Assembly (NCBI GenBank): GCA_024226255.1
Contig: JAAELU010000187.1
Location: 1-59,769 of the forward strand
DNA from: a bacterium
GTDB taxonomy: Bacteria; Actinomycetota; Acidimicrobiia; Spongiisociales; UBA5794
DNA length: 59,769 bases
Direction of reading: 5' to 3'
Shown here: positions 37,875-47,315 of the stretch, piece after piece
Numbering within the stretch: position 1 is the first letter of the stretch
Layout: the number at the start of each line of letters is the position of its first letter
The notes under the pieces: model-generated
The model's database searches: none
Seen by the model: only the letters and a program-made list of their open reading frames with translations
Told to the model about the DNA's origin: nothing
Program-made: the position numbers and the translations under genes

Positions 37875-40800
37875 ATGAGGATCCTGCGGATCGTATCGGG
37901 GGTGCTAGCTCTTCTGGTGGGTGCAGTGTTCGTCGCCGGGGCGATCGCCGGCTTCAGCGAGGACCGCGATGCTGACGACTTCTTTGTATCGGACGGGCAT
38001 CGATTCGTACGATCATCATTTGCAGTTACCTCGGAGGGCGTGGATGTCCTCGGGGACGCCCCGGGCTGGGTCGCGGATCGGTTGACCGATCCGGTTGATA
38101 TCCGGGTTAGGGGAGCTTCAAATAGCGGCTCAGACCTCTTCCTCGGGATTGCAGCCTCCGATGATGTTGAGGCCTACTTGGCTGGGGTCTCGTACGACGA
38201 GGTCGACAGGATCGAATTCGAGGGATCCGATATCGACTACGCGCATCACGACGGCACATCTGCTCCAAATCCCCCTGGTGCGGAGACGCTCTGGGCGGCC
38301 TCGGTCGAGGGTCCCGGCTTGCAGACGTTGGACTGGTCCATCGAACAAGGCGAATGGACCGTTGTCGTGATGAACGCGGATGGCGCGGCGGGGGTCGACG
38401 CCAGCCTGGTGCTCGGGGCGGGGATCTCCAACATCGTTGTAGTGATGTGGAGCGTCCTGGCGTTTGGCGGGATTCTGATTTTGGCCGGCGCCCTTCTAGC
38501 GTTGCGAGGGGCCGCGGGTTCGCGGCCGGAGCGCGTTGGGGGCTCGGAGCAGGCTCGTGAAGGAACACGGGATTGGCGGTTTTCTCAACAGAAGGGCGAG
38601 AGCGAAATGGGACAGAGGTTCTTTGAATGGGTAAACCGACGCTACGCCCGAATCACGGTGGGTGTCCTCATACTGGCGGTACTGATGGCCGGTGCGTTTT
38701 CCGCCTTAGGTTCTGATGAGGAGCCGCAGTTCGATCCGTCTGGCGAAATCTATGACACCGCCGAGCGAGTCGAAGACAATTTCGCATTCCGTGGGGGCGT
38801 TTCGCAGGCTGTCTTTCTGGTTGAGGGATCCGATGAGAGCGATGTACTGACCCGCAACGCCTTGCTGGAGTGGAAGACGAACTCGGAATCGCTGCGAACC
38901 GACACACGGGATGTTCGCGGTGACCCGCTGAACTCACATCTGGCAAAGGACTTCAACCGGGACCTCAATGTCGAGATCGACAGTGTGTATTCGATTGCAG
39001 ATGCTGTTGATGCGGAACTTGCAGGAGGTCTCGAGGGCGCTACGGACGCCGACGTCAAGGTGGCGCTGGATACGGTGCTGGGACCGAACTCACCCAACGT
39101 GGCTCTGCGGGGAACGTTGTCCCGCCTGGCAACGGCAACGCCGGGCACTGTTGCGGGCCGGGAAATTGAGGTCTGGGAGAGCCCCGCTTTCCAGGCGCTG
39201 GTTCTGTACGAATTCGACTCGTTTGAGGTAACAACGACGTCCACCGACGAGGATGTCATCGACTTCGAGCGTTTCGTCGAAGTGCAGCATTGGGCGCGGG
39301 CAGTGCAAACCGAGCTACGCGGAGATCAGGAGTACTACTCGGCGCTTGGGTTGGGTATCGACATTGACCTAGCGTTCGAGGAGCAGGCAGCAGAGGCCAT
39401 GCCGTTCATCCTCGGGGCAGTCGTCATCATCCTCATCGTCGTCGGTGCCCTGCTGCGCTCTTATTGGGCTGCGGTATACGTGGGCGCCGGTCTCACGGTG
39501 ACGACCATTATCTACAAGGGGATCTGGGCGTTGGTGGGGCTCAAGGGTGGCATGCTGCTCGGGTTCATCGTCCCGATTTCAATCATCAGCTTTGGTGTTG
39601 ACTTCTTCATTCATGCCATCGGTCGGGCTCGTGAAGCCCAGGTGCACGGCGAGAGTCGTGAACGGGCCTATCCCATTGGTATGTCCGCGGTGATCCTGGC
39701 TCTGTTGTTGGCAGCGCTCTCGTCGGCGGCGGCATTCCTGTCCAATGCCGTGTCTGGTATCGAGACAATCACCCAGTTCGGGCTGGGCGCCGCTATCGCA
39801 ATCCTGGTCGCCTTCGTGGTTCTGGGGCTGTTGGCGCCAAAGCTGGTCCTTGCGACCGAAGATGCAATGGGGCCGGTTCCCGTGCACCATGGTCCCCGGA
39901 TCCCGACCAAATTCGGGTTCCTGCTTGCCGCGCTTGTGGCAGGCGTCACAGTCGCCGGCTCAACACAATCGCCGATCATCGGGGTGGTAGCTCTGGTCGT
40001 GTATGCGACGCTGTTCATCTGGCTGCCCTTCCGTCACACCAGAAAGCGCAACACGCAGGCCGCAGAGAAGGGCATCGCCGCCGACGACACAATCAAGGGG
40101 GTCGGCCACGGGCTGCACGCCGCCGGTTATGTGGTTCACTTCCTGGCCCGGTGGCGTGTCGTTACCATCCCGGTGGTGGTTGCGCTGGCCGCAGCGGGAG
40201 TGTGGGGGGCGCTCCAGGTCAGGTCGGACTTCTCCTTCACAGACTTCCTATCGAGTGATTCTGATGCGGTGAAGAGCTTCGATCGCCAGGAGTTCCATTT
40301 TGGCGCTCTGGGGGTCGGAACCGGTTATATCTATGTCGAGGGTGATCTCACCGATCCGGCCACCTTGCAGGCGATGCAAGCTGCGGTCGATGAGGTGACG
40401 AACTCGGGCGTTGAGTTGTCCCGCGATTTCAACGGTGATGTAGAAGTGGTCCCCAACGCAGTGACCCTGGCACGGTTCGCCACGGTTTCAGCAGCCGCCG
40501 CGAGCGACGTAACGACCGCAACCGGGGTCGAGATCACAGACACTGACGGGGACGGATACCCCGACACCGCGGAGCAAGTGGCCGCTGTATATGCCACAGC
40601 GGCCGGAGACGGATTGCGGGATGACACCGGGCAGTTGGTCTACTCGCCCGAGACCGTCCAGCAGATCCTTTACCTAGATGGCGACACCCAAGGCACCCGG
40701 CTCGAGGTGGTGATCGGCTCGCTTACCGATGGCCCCCTCATCGACGCCAGCCAGGTGGCCCTCAACGATGCCGCCGCCAACCTGACCACAGCAACAGCTG

Positions 40801-41444
40801 GTACCGACATCGACCTGATCAGTGTTTCCGGCGAGCCGATCACGTTCCGGAACACGCTCGACGCCTTTACCAAGTCGATGTTGGTATCGCTGCCGCTTGC
40901 TCTGGTACTGACGTTCCTGATCGTTGCGTGGATGCTGAAGTCGATCAAGTACTCGCTGGTTTCGGTGACTCCGATCTTGCTGGTGGTGGCGTGGGTGTAC
41001 GGGTACATGTACCTCGCCGACTACACCATCAACCCGGTGACGGCGACCATCGCCGCCATCTCGATCGGAGTTGGTATCGACTTTGCGACTCACTTCACCG
41101 TGCGTTTCAAGGAGGAACTCGCCGGCGAACCCAGCCGTTTCCCGGCGCTGCGTCGAGCAGGTGAAGGCACTGGAGGGGCCCTGACACTCTCGGCGCTCAC
41201 ATCGATCGCCGGGTTCACAGTGCTCGGAATGGCACCAATGCCGATCTTCGCCGTGTACGGCGTCTTGACCGCAGTCATGATCGCGCTGGCAGTGTTGGTG
41301 ACCCTTCTGGTGTTGCCCAGCATGCTGCTGCTCGCCACTCCCTCACTCAAGGGCGAGGAGCGCGAGCAGCTCGAATGGGAGCGCACTCGCGGCGAGTGGG
41401 TCTACGAGCCCCACAAGCGCGAAACGGCAGCACAAGAGAGGTAG
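37875..41444 (+). CDS. MMPL/RND family transporter with an in-frame N-terminal 2-TM extracytoplasmic-domain extension
   Basis: Two TM modules with SFGVDFFIH and GVGIDFATH; internal ATG 38607 preceded by GAAGGG. Confidence 0.85.
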   Translation: MRILRIVSGVLALLVGAVFVAGAIAGFSEDRDADDFFVSDGHRFVRSSFAVTSEGVDVLGDAPGWVADRLTDPVDIRVRGASNSGSDLFLGIAASDDVEAYLAGVSYDEVDRIEFEGSDIDYAHHDGTSAPNPPGAETLWAASVEGPGLQTLDWSIEQGEWTVVVMNADGAAGVDASLVLGAGISNIVVVMWSVLAFGGILILAGALLALRGAAGSRPERVGGSEQAREGTRDWRFSQQKGESEMGQRFFEWVNRRYARITVGVLILAVLMAGAFSALGSDEEPQFDPSGEIYDTAERVEDNFAFRGGVSQAVFLVEGSDESDVLTRNALLEWKTNSESLRTDTRDVRGDPLNSHLAKDFNRDLNVEIDSVYSIADAVDAELAGGLEGATDADVKVALDTVLGPNSPNVALRGTLSRLATATPGTVAGREIEVWESPAFQALVLYEFDSFEVTTTSTDEDVIDFERFVEVQHWARAVQTELRGDQEYYSALGLGIDIDLAFEEQAAEAMPFILGAVVIILIVVGALLRSYWAAVYVGAGLTVTTIIYKGIWALVGLKGGMLLGFIVPISIISFGVDFFIHAIGRAREAQVHGESRERAYPIGMSAVILALLLAALSSAAAFLSNAVSGIETITQFGLGAAIAILVAFVVLGLLAPKLVLATEDAMGPVPVHHGPRIPTKFGFLLAALVAGVTVAGSTQSPIIGVVALVVYATLFIWLPFRHTRKRNTQAAEKGIAADDTIKGVGHGLHAAGYVVHFLARWRVVTIPVVVALAAAGVWGALQVRSDFSFTDFLSSDSDAVKSFDRQEFHFGALGVGTGYIYVEGDLTDPATLQAMQAAVDEVTNSGVELSRDFNGDVEVVPNAVTLARFATVSAAAASDVTTATGVEITDTDGDGYPDTAEQVAAVYATAAGDGLRDDTGQLVYSPETVQQILYLDGDTQGTRLEVVIGSLTDGPLIDASQVALNDAAANLTTATAGTDIDLISVSGEPITFRNTLDAFTKSMLVSLPLALVLTFLIVAWMLKSIKYSLVSVTPILLVVAWVYGYMYLADYTINPVTATIAAISIGVGIDFATHFTVRFKEELAGEPSRFPALRRAGEGTGGALTLSALTSIAGFTVLGMAPMPIFAVYGVLTAVMIALAVLVTLLVLPSMLLLATPSLKGEEREQLEWERTRGEWVYEPHKRETAAQER

Positions 41445-41453
41445 AGACAACGC

Positions 41454-41488
41454 TCCGAGAGGGCGGGCCGGTTCGCCGCCCTCTCGGA
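41454..41488. terminator. Hairpin terminator between convergent genes
   Basis: 13-bp stem TCCGAGAGGGCGG/CCGCCCTCTCGGA then ATTGATTT. Confidence 0.75.
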
Positions 41489-41505
41489 ATTGATTTCCAA
41501 TCGAC

Positions 41506-44247
41506 CTAGAGCATCCGCCCGGGAACGTCCTTGCGACTCGGAAGGATCGAAGCCGTAACCGGGCGCAACATGATCCGAGCGTCAACCACCCGGACGCCGT
41601 CTCCCGGCGGGAGTACCTTCACCGGATTCAGGTCCATCTCGACGATCTCGGGCACGTCCTCGACGAGCGCCGAAACTCGAAGGAGTAGGTCCTCAAGCGC
41701 CGACACGTCTCCGGCCGGCTCGCCGCGATAGCCCGACAACAGCTTGGCCGCCTTAACGTCGTTGATCATCTCGTGCGCGTCCAGCTCGGAGAGGGGGTTC
41801 AGCCGGAAAGCCACATCCTGCATGAGCTCAACAAAGATTCCACCGAGGCCGAATACAACCAAGGGCCCGAATAACGGATCCTCGGTCATCCCGACGATGA
41901 CCTCATGGCCCCCTGGGATGAACTCCTGGATGACCGCTCCCTTTGCGTCATCGGCAACTGCGGTGACCGCCTCGAACGCAGCGCGGACCGCTTCGTCGCC
42001 GCTCACGTCGAGCGCCACGCCCCCGACGTCGGACTTGTGCACTGTTGTCGGGGACACGACCTTGAGCGCCACCGGACCATCGATGGCCGCTGCGGCGGCA
42101 ACGGCCTCGTCGGCTGTCGTCGCGACACTCGAGGTGACCGGGCCGATTCCGTACGCGCTCAAGATTCCATGAAGCTCGGAGTCGGACAGCCAACCTCCTT
42201 CAGAGCCAACCCGGGCCAGAGTGTGTCGAACGACAGATTCGGCTGCTACTCGATCGATGTCATCGGCTCGGGTAAAGCCACCTTCTGGTCGCCGGCGCCA
42301 TTCGGAGTAGCGGACCGCGGCGGCCAGGGCGGTGGCGGCCGCCTCCGGAAACTCATAGACCGGTATCGAATAGCGCGGCCCGTGGGGCGTGTCGTCAATT
42401 GCAGGAGCGCCGCCCATGTAGACCGCCATCAGTGTCTTGTGGGCGTCCGGATCGTTGCGGACCGCCTCCTCTACCGCGGCGGCAACTGTTCCCGATCCCC
42501 CCGGGGCAGTTGGAATGTGGATCACTATGACGGCGTCGACCTCGTCGGTCGCCAGTAGCTCCCCGAGACACTGTTCGTATTCCGTGGGACTCGCCGATGC
42601 CACCATGTCGATTGGATTGAGCGTGCTGGCAGTATCGAGTAGGTACTGGCCGAGCCGGCCTTGCAGCTCAGGCGAGAGTTCGGGCAGGACCAGTCCACGC
42701 GCTTCAAGCGCATCGGCCGTGAGAATTGCCGGCCCCCCGGCGTTGCTCAAAACGGCAACCCGGTTTCCCTCGGGCAGCGGTTGCTGTGAAAACAGCGACG
42801 TCACGGCAAACAGATCATCGAGAGATTCGGTCCGGATCACGCCGCTCTGTCGAAACAACGCGTCGACGGCCACATCGAGGCTGGCGAGAGATCCGGTGTG
42901 GCTACTGGCAGCACGGGCTCCTGACGACGATCGCCCTGACTTGACGACAACTATCGGCTTGCTTCGGCTGATGCGCCGGGCCAACCGGCCGAAACGGCGC
43001 GCATTTCCAAACGATTCCATGTAGAGCAGGACTACATCCGTACCTGGATCCTCCTCCCAGTACAGAAGCAAATCGTTCGCGCTGATGTCGGCTCGATTGC
43101 CCAGAGAGACGAAGGTGGATATCCCGATGTTCAGTTCGCCGGCCTGTTTCAGGATCGCCAAGCCGAGCGCTCCGCTCTGACTTGCCATTGCCACGTTGCC
43201 ACGTGGTGGAAAGATTGGTCCGAATTGGCCGTCTAGCTTCACCTTCGTGTCGGTGTTGAGGATGCCCATGCAATTGGGACCCACCATCCGCATTCCATAG
43301 CGGCGCGCGGTCGCCACGAGATTCTTCTCCGTACTCCCGCCATCGTCGCCGACCTCGCCAAATCCGGCTGAGATGACGACGACGCCCTTGACGCCTTTCT
43401 GGCCGCATTCCTCGATTACCGCTGGAACGAAAGGTGCCGGCACGACAATGAAGGCGAGGTCGACGGCGTCGGGTATGTCCAGGACCGACTGATAGGCCTT
43501 GACCGCGTGAACGAACGGAGCGCTCGGGTTGACCGGATAGACCGGTCCAGTGAATCCCCTCATCAGCAAGTTACGGAGTAGGCGACCACCGATCGAATCA
43601 TCGTCACGGCTCGCTCCGATCACGGCGATCGATGCCGGATACAGAATTGGCATGATCGAGGCCGTGACCGCACGCTTTTCGTGTTCCCACTCGGCCTCGC
43701 GAGCCTGCAACGAGTACTCAATCGGGAATTCGACCTCGTAAACGCCTTCCTCGAGCAGTCGCGTCAGTTTGTATCCGGATGCACGAAAGAGCCGCAGCAT
43801 GGCGTGGTTCTCGGATAGGACGTAGGCCTCGAACTCCGAGACGTTGTGAAGTCGGGCGTAGACAGTCAGGTGCTGGAGGAGATGGCTCCCTATCCCCCGT
43901 CCCTGGTAGTCGTCTTGTACGAGGAATGAGACTTCGGCAACCTTGCCACCGTCATTAGCATTTTTGCCCGGCAAGACGTCATATCGACCGACCGCGACCA
44001 TTGCGTTCCCGTCGATGGCGACAAATGCCATCCGGTCGTCGTAGTCGACATTCGTGAAGTAGCGGAGTTCCTCGGGACTGAGCTCTCTCTTGGAGTACAT
44101 GAATCGGAAGTAGGCGCTCTCAGGGCCTACCCGCTCGAAGAAGGCCTTCTCCCGCTCCATATCATCAGGTCGGATCGGGCGCAGGTGAAGCACGTCGCCG
44201 TCCCGGAGTAGGACGTCGAACTCGAACTCGGTTGGATAGGCGGCCAT
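41506..44247 (-). CDS. GNAT plus NDP-forming acyl-CoA synthetase fusion (Pat-type lysine acetyltransferase, GNAT N-terminal)
   Basis: GNAT: RPIRPDD, RYFTNVDY, QGRGIGS; CoA-binding IAVIGAS, GPNCMG, SQSG, SHTG; ATP-grasp HKSDVGGV, DLNPV. Confidence 0.9.
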   Translation of the reverse strand: MAAYPTEFEFDVLLRDGDVLHLRPIRPDDMEREKAFFERVGPESAYFRFMYSKRELSPEELRYFTNVDYDDRMAFVAIDGNAMVAVGRYDVLPGKNANDGGKVAEVSFLVQDDYQGRGIGSHLLQHLTVYARLHNVSEFEAYVLSENHAMLRLFRASGYKLTRLLEEGVYEVEFPIEYSLQAREAEWEHEKRAVTASIMPILYPASIAVIGASRDDDSIGGRLLRNLLMRGFTGPVYPVNPSAPFVHAVKAYQSVLDIPDAVDLAFIVVPAPFVPAVIEECGQKGVKGVVVISAGFGEVGDDGGSTEKNLVATARRYGMRMVGPNCMGILNTDTKVKLDGQFGPIFPPRGNVAMASQSGALGLAILKQAGELNIGISTFVSLGNRADISANDLLLYWEEDPGTDVVLLYMESFGNARRFGRLARRISRSKPIVVVKSGRSSSGARAASSHTGSLASLDVAVDALFRQSGVIRTESLDDLFAVTSLFSQQPLPEGNRVAVLSNAGGPAILTADALEARGLVLPELSPELQGRLGQYLLDTASTLNPIDMVASASPTEYEQCLGELLATDEVDAVIVIHIPTAPGGSGTVAAAVEEAVRNDPDAHKTLMAVYMGGAPAIDDTPHGPRYSIPVYEFPEAAATALAAAVRYSEWRRRPEGGFTRADDIDRVAAESVVRHTLARVGSEGGWLSDSELHGILSAYGIGPVTSSVATTADEAVAAAAAIDGPVALKVVSPTTVHKSDVGGVALDVSGDEAVRAAFEAVTAVADDAKGAVIQEFIPGGHEVIVGMTEDPLFGPLVVFGLGGIFVELMQDVAFRLNPLSELDAHEMINDVKAAKLLSGYRGEPAGDVSALEDLLLRVSALVEDVPEIVEMDLNPVKVLPPGDGVRVVDARIMLRPVTASILPSRKDVPGRML

Positions 44248-44445
44248 TGTGCTCCTACTGGTACGGGTTCTGCTCCACCGGCATTCTCGGAAGAAGCTAG
44301 CCGGTGGTCACACCACCGCTGGCGAGACCGAATCACCTCATCAGGGCGCGCTCAGCTGCATTCCGTCGCCTGCATCTTGCGCCCAAACGCGACAGACAAC
44401 CAGTGACAGAGGCCCCCAAGGGATCGGTCCGAAGCCCCTACGAGG

Positions 44446-45684
44446 TCATTGTTGTTTTCGCAGTATGACCTCGCGCACCCGCTTCCGGCTGACCGCCGTC
44501 ACCATTGCCTCGAACTCGCCCACGCGGACGCGGTCACCGGGATGCGGAATGTCTCCAGCAAGCCCAACGACAAGACCACCGATTGTTCGCCACTCTCCTG
44601 CCGGCAGTTCGGCGTCGAGCGCTTCTTCGATTTCAGAGACGGGGACGGTCGCATCGATGCGCCACTCCCGCTCACCAACCTGCTCGAACGGCGCCGGCCG
44701 GTCTTCTCCCTCATCGGCGATCCGTCCGACGAGCTCCTCCACGACATCTTCGATGGTGACGATCCCGGCGGTCCCACCATGTTCATCGACCACGACGGCG
44801 AAGTGGCAGGCGTCGCGCTGCATCTCGCGTAGCAACTCGACCACTTTCTTGCTCTCGGGAGTAACCAGAATCGGAAGCGCTAGCTCGCCGACATCAGCCG
44901 AACGATTGTCTGCCACTGCACGTGCCAGGTCCCGGAGATGGACCACTGCAATGATGTCGTCGCTGTCTCGCCCGAAGACGGGCAAACGCCGGTGGCCGGA
45001 GTCGATGGCCCTATCGAGGGCGATCCGAGCCGAGGTGACGGAGGCCACGGCAACGATGTCGATGCGAGGGACCAGTATCTCGTCGACCCGTTTGTCGCCA
45101 AGTCGGAACGCCCGCTCCATCAGTTCTGCGTCACTTGGCTCTATCTGACCTGTCTCAGCTGCCTCAGCGGCCAACCGCCGTAACTCGTCTTCGGTGACGC
45201 CGGCGGTTCCTGCGATCCCTTGGCCTGGCGCCTGGAGGTCAGCGAACCAGATAAGGACTGACACCACTGGATGCAGCGCGGCCTTGAGAGCACCGACGAC
45301 CGGAGCCGTGATCTGAGCGACTCGTAGCGGGTGACGCAATGCATAGGTCTTCGGGATGGCTTCGGCATAGACAAACAAGGTGAGCGTCAGACCGATTGAC
45401 GCGATGGTGATCCCCAGGTTTCCGAAGTGGCGCTCGGCAAGGAGGCCGGTCACAGTGGCGGCCCCGATCTGGACGAGAAGAACGACCAAAAGGATCGTGT
45501 TCATGACGCGGGGCAGATCGTCAACGAGACCAAGAAGATGTTGGGCCCGGCGGTCGCCCCGGTCGGCCAGGACCTGGACGGCACTGGCGCGAACGCGCAA
45601 CATTGCCGCCTCTGCGGCACCGAGACACATTGCGGTCACCATCAGAGCGACGAGCAGCAGGACCATCGGGAGGCTATCGGCCAA
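44446..45684 (-). CDS. Hemolysin/CNNM family protein (DUF21-CBS-CorC)
   Basis: AEAA, AEAIPKT, VPRIDI, HRRLPV, VVDEHGGTAGIVTIEDVVEELVG. Confidence 0.9.
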   Translation of the reverse strand: MADSLPMVLLLVALMVTAMCLGAAEAAMLRVRASAVQVLADRGDRRAQHLLGLVDDLPRVMNTILLVVLLVQIGAATVTGLLAERHFGNLGITIASIGLTLTLFVYAEAIPKTYALRHPLRVAQITAPVVGALKAALHPVVSVLIWFADLQAPGQGIAGTAGVTEDELRRLAAEAAETGQIEPSDAELMERAFRLGDKRVDEILVPRIDIVAVASVTSARIALDRAIDSGHRRLPVFGRDSDDIIAVVHLRDLARAVADNRSADVGELALPILVTPESKKVVELLREMQRDACHFAVVVDEHGGTAGIVTIEDVVEELVGRIADEGEDRPAPFEQVGEREWRIDATVPVSEIEEALDAELPAGEWRTIGGLVVGLAGDIPHPGDRVRVGEFEAMVTAVSRKRVREVILRKQQ

Positions 45685-45722
45685 TTATGCCCACCGCTGT
45701 GCCCAACTCATGTGTCCTCTTC

Positions 45723-46013
45723 CTAGTGGGCCGGATTCATGCCGGGACCGTCGACATCGCGGACATACTCCTCAACCTTGCCCTCTTCCCAGCGTTGGAG
45801 CCGAAGGCTTTGATCGAAGTAGAGCGCCACCGCATGAGCGGCAAGTCCCATACCCCACATGATGGTGGCCCAGTAGAACCACCATCCAGAGCCTGTAGCG
45901 AGGTCAACGATGAAGAGGCCGAGGTTTACGGCGACATAGATGGCCAAGTGGATGAACAGCCCTTTGACACCTTCAACCCGCTTCTTGGCCTCTTGGTAAC
46001 GGGAGTCAGTCAT
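45723..46013 (-). CDS. 2TM domain protein
   Basis: AKKRV..KGLFIHLAIY..VN, WWFYW..WG.GL..H, WEE.K; GAGGAGG RBS. Confidence 0.88.
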   Translation of the reverse strand: MTDSRYQEAKKRVEGVKGLFIHLAIYVAVNLGLFIVDLATGSGWWFYWATIMWGMGLAAHAVALYFDQSLRLQRWEEGKVEEYVRDVDGPGMNPAH

Positions 46014-46236
46014 CAGAACCTCCTCGACTCCAACTGTATAGGGTCCCTCCCGAATCGGTAGAGGCATAAGTCTCCGACGCGTATGTATCGATACCAGCCC
46101 CGAGCTCCGGCGCCGTATGCCGCTTCAGAGATCGCAAAGCACCGACACTCGTTCCCTCCAGCCTGCAAAGAGGCCGTTTGCCCCTGGCCAAGCCGTGCGG
46201 CGACGAGATACTGAAGAGGATTGTGGAAGGAGACCA

Positions 46237-46734
46237 ATGCGAGTTCTCGTTACTTATGGCAGCAAAATGGGCAGCACCGTTGACATTGCCGAAACCATTG
46301 CCGGCCGACTGAACGAACTTGGTTTCGCTACCGAGGTTGCTCCGGCAAGGGACTATGTCGATCCGTGCACGTTTGATGCGGTGATCGTAGGCGGGGCTCT
46401 ATACGCCGGCCGGTGGGTCAAGGAGGCACGGCGCTACGTCAAACGATTCGGTCCGGATCTACGGCCCAAGCCGGTGTGGTTGTTCTCCAGTGGCCCCCTC
46501 GACGATTCTGCATCCGAGCAAGAGATACCGCCGACGTGGCACGTCAAAGCCGCAATGAAAGAGGCCAATGCTCGTGGACATGCGACGTTTGGCGGGCGGC
46601 TCGATTCTGATGCCAGGGGGTTCATGGCCAGCGGTATGGCGAGGACAAACGCCGGCGATTGGCGGGACACGGGACAGATAGTGGCGTGGGCAACCGGCAT
46701 CGGCACCACGCTTGCCGCCCACGACGCTGCGTGA
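46237..46734 (+). CDS. Flavodoxin-domain protein (HemG-like)
   Basis: VTYGSKMGST..IAE.I, DAVIVGGALYAGRW, WLFSSGP, FGGRL, GDWRD; AAGGAG RBS. Confidence 0.88.
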   Translation: MRVLVTYGSKMGSTVDIAETIAGRLNELGFATEVAPARDYVDPCTFDAVIVGGALYAGRWVKEARRYVKRFGPDLRPKPVWLFSSGPLDDSASEQEIPPTWHVKAAMKEANARGHATFGGRLDSDARGFMASGMARTNAGDWRDTGQIVAWATGIGTTLAAHDAA

Positions 46735-46762
46735 TTCGGGTCGAGCCCGCTCGACCGGCCCG

Positions 46763-47236
46763 CTAGCTGGCCGCGTCGTTTTTGGCCTGCAGGTAGCCGC
46801 GAGCCCTCTCAGCCATGGGATACCTGGCCACGAGATCCCAAAACGCCGTGCCGTGGTCCGATTCCACAAGATGCGCCAGCTCGTGGATGATGACGTAGTC
46901 GAGCACCCACTCGGGGTACGCGGCCACCCTGCTTGCGATCCGCACGCGGCCTGTCGACGGTGTACACGATCCCCACAGCGTCTTCTGTCTATCCGACCAC
47001 GAGATCTCACTCGGCTCCGGCAACTCGAATGCGGCGGACAGCTCTCGGCCACGGTCCTCGAGATTCACCTTGGCAGTATCTTGCCTCCTCTCGAACTTGG
47101 CTCGCATGACACCAACCCAGTGGTCTTCTTCGCTCGCGGACATGTGACCGGGAATCGCAACCTGCAGTACGCCGTCGACCATGCGGGCTTGAACGGTCTT
47201 GCGGCGCCGGGCACTCCTGGTGACTTCGATCTTCAT
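46763..47236 (-). CDS. YgjP/DUF45 (M48-like) zinc metallo-hydrolase
   Basis: RSARRRKT, WGSCT, LDYVIIHELAHL, H...FW. Confidence 0.88.
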   Translation of the reverse strand: MKIEVTRSARRRKTVQARMVDGVLQVAIPGHMSASEEDHWVGVMRAKFERRQDTAKVNLEDRGRELSAAFELPEPSEISWSDRQKTLWGSCTPSTGRVRIASRVAAYPEWVLDYVIIHELAHLVESDHGTAFWDLVARYPMAERARGYLQAKNDAAS

Positions 47237-47315
47237 GAGGTCAAGCTACCTGCCCGCGACGACAGAATCGGCGATTCGCGTAACGCCCGACAAGGCGGCC
47301 AGTCCGTCGCACCGG

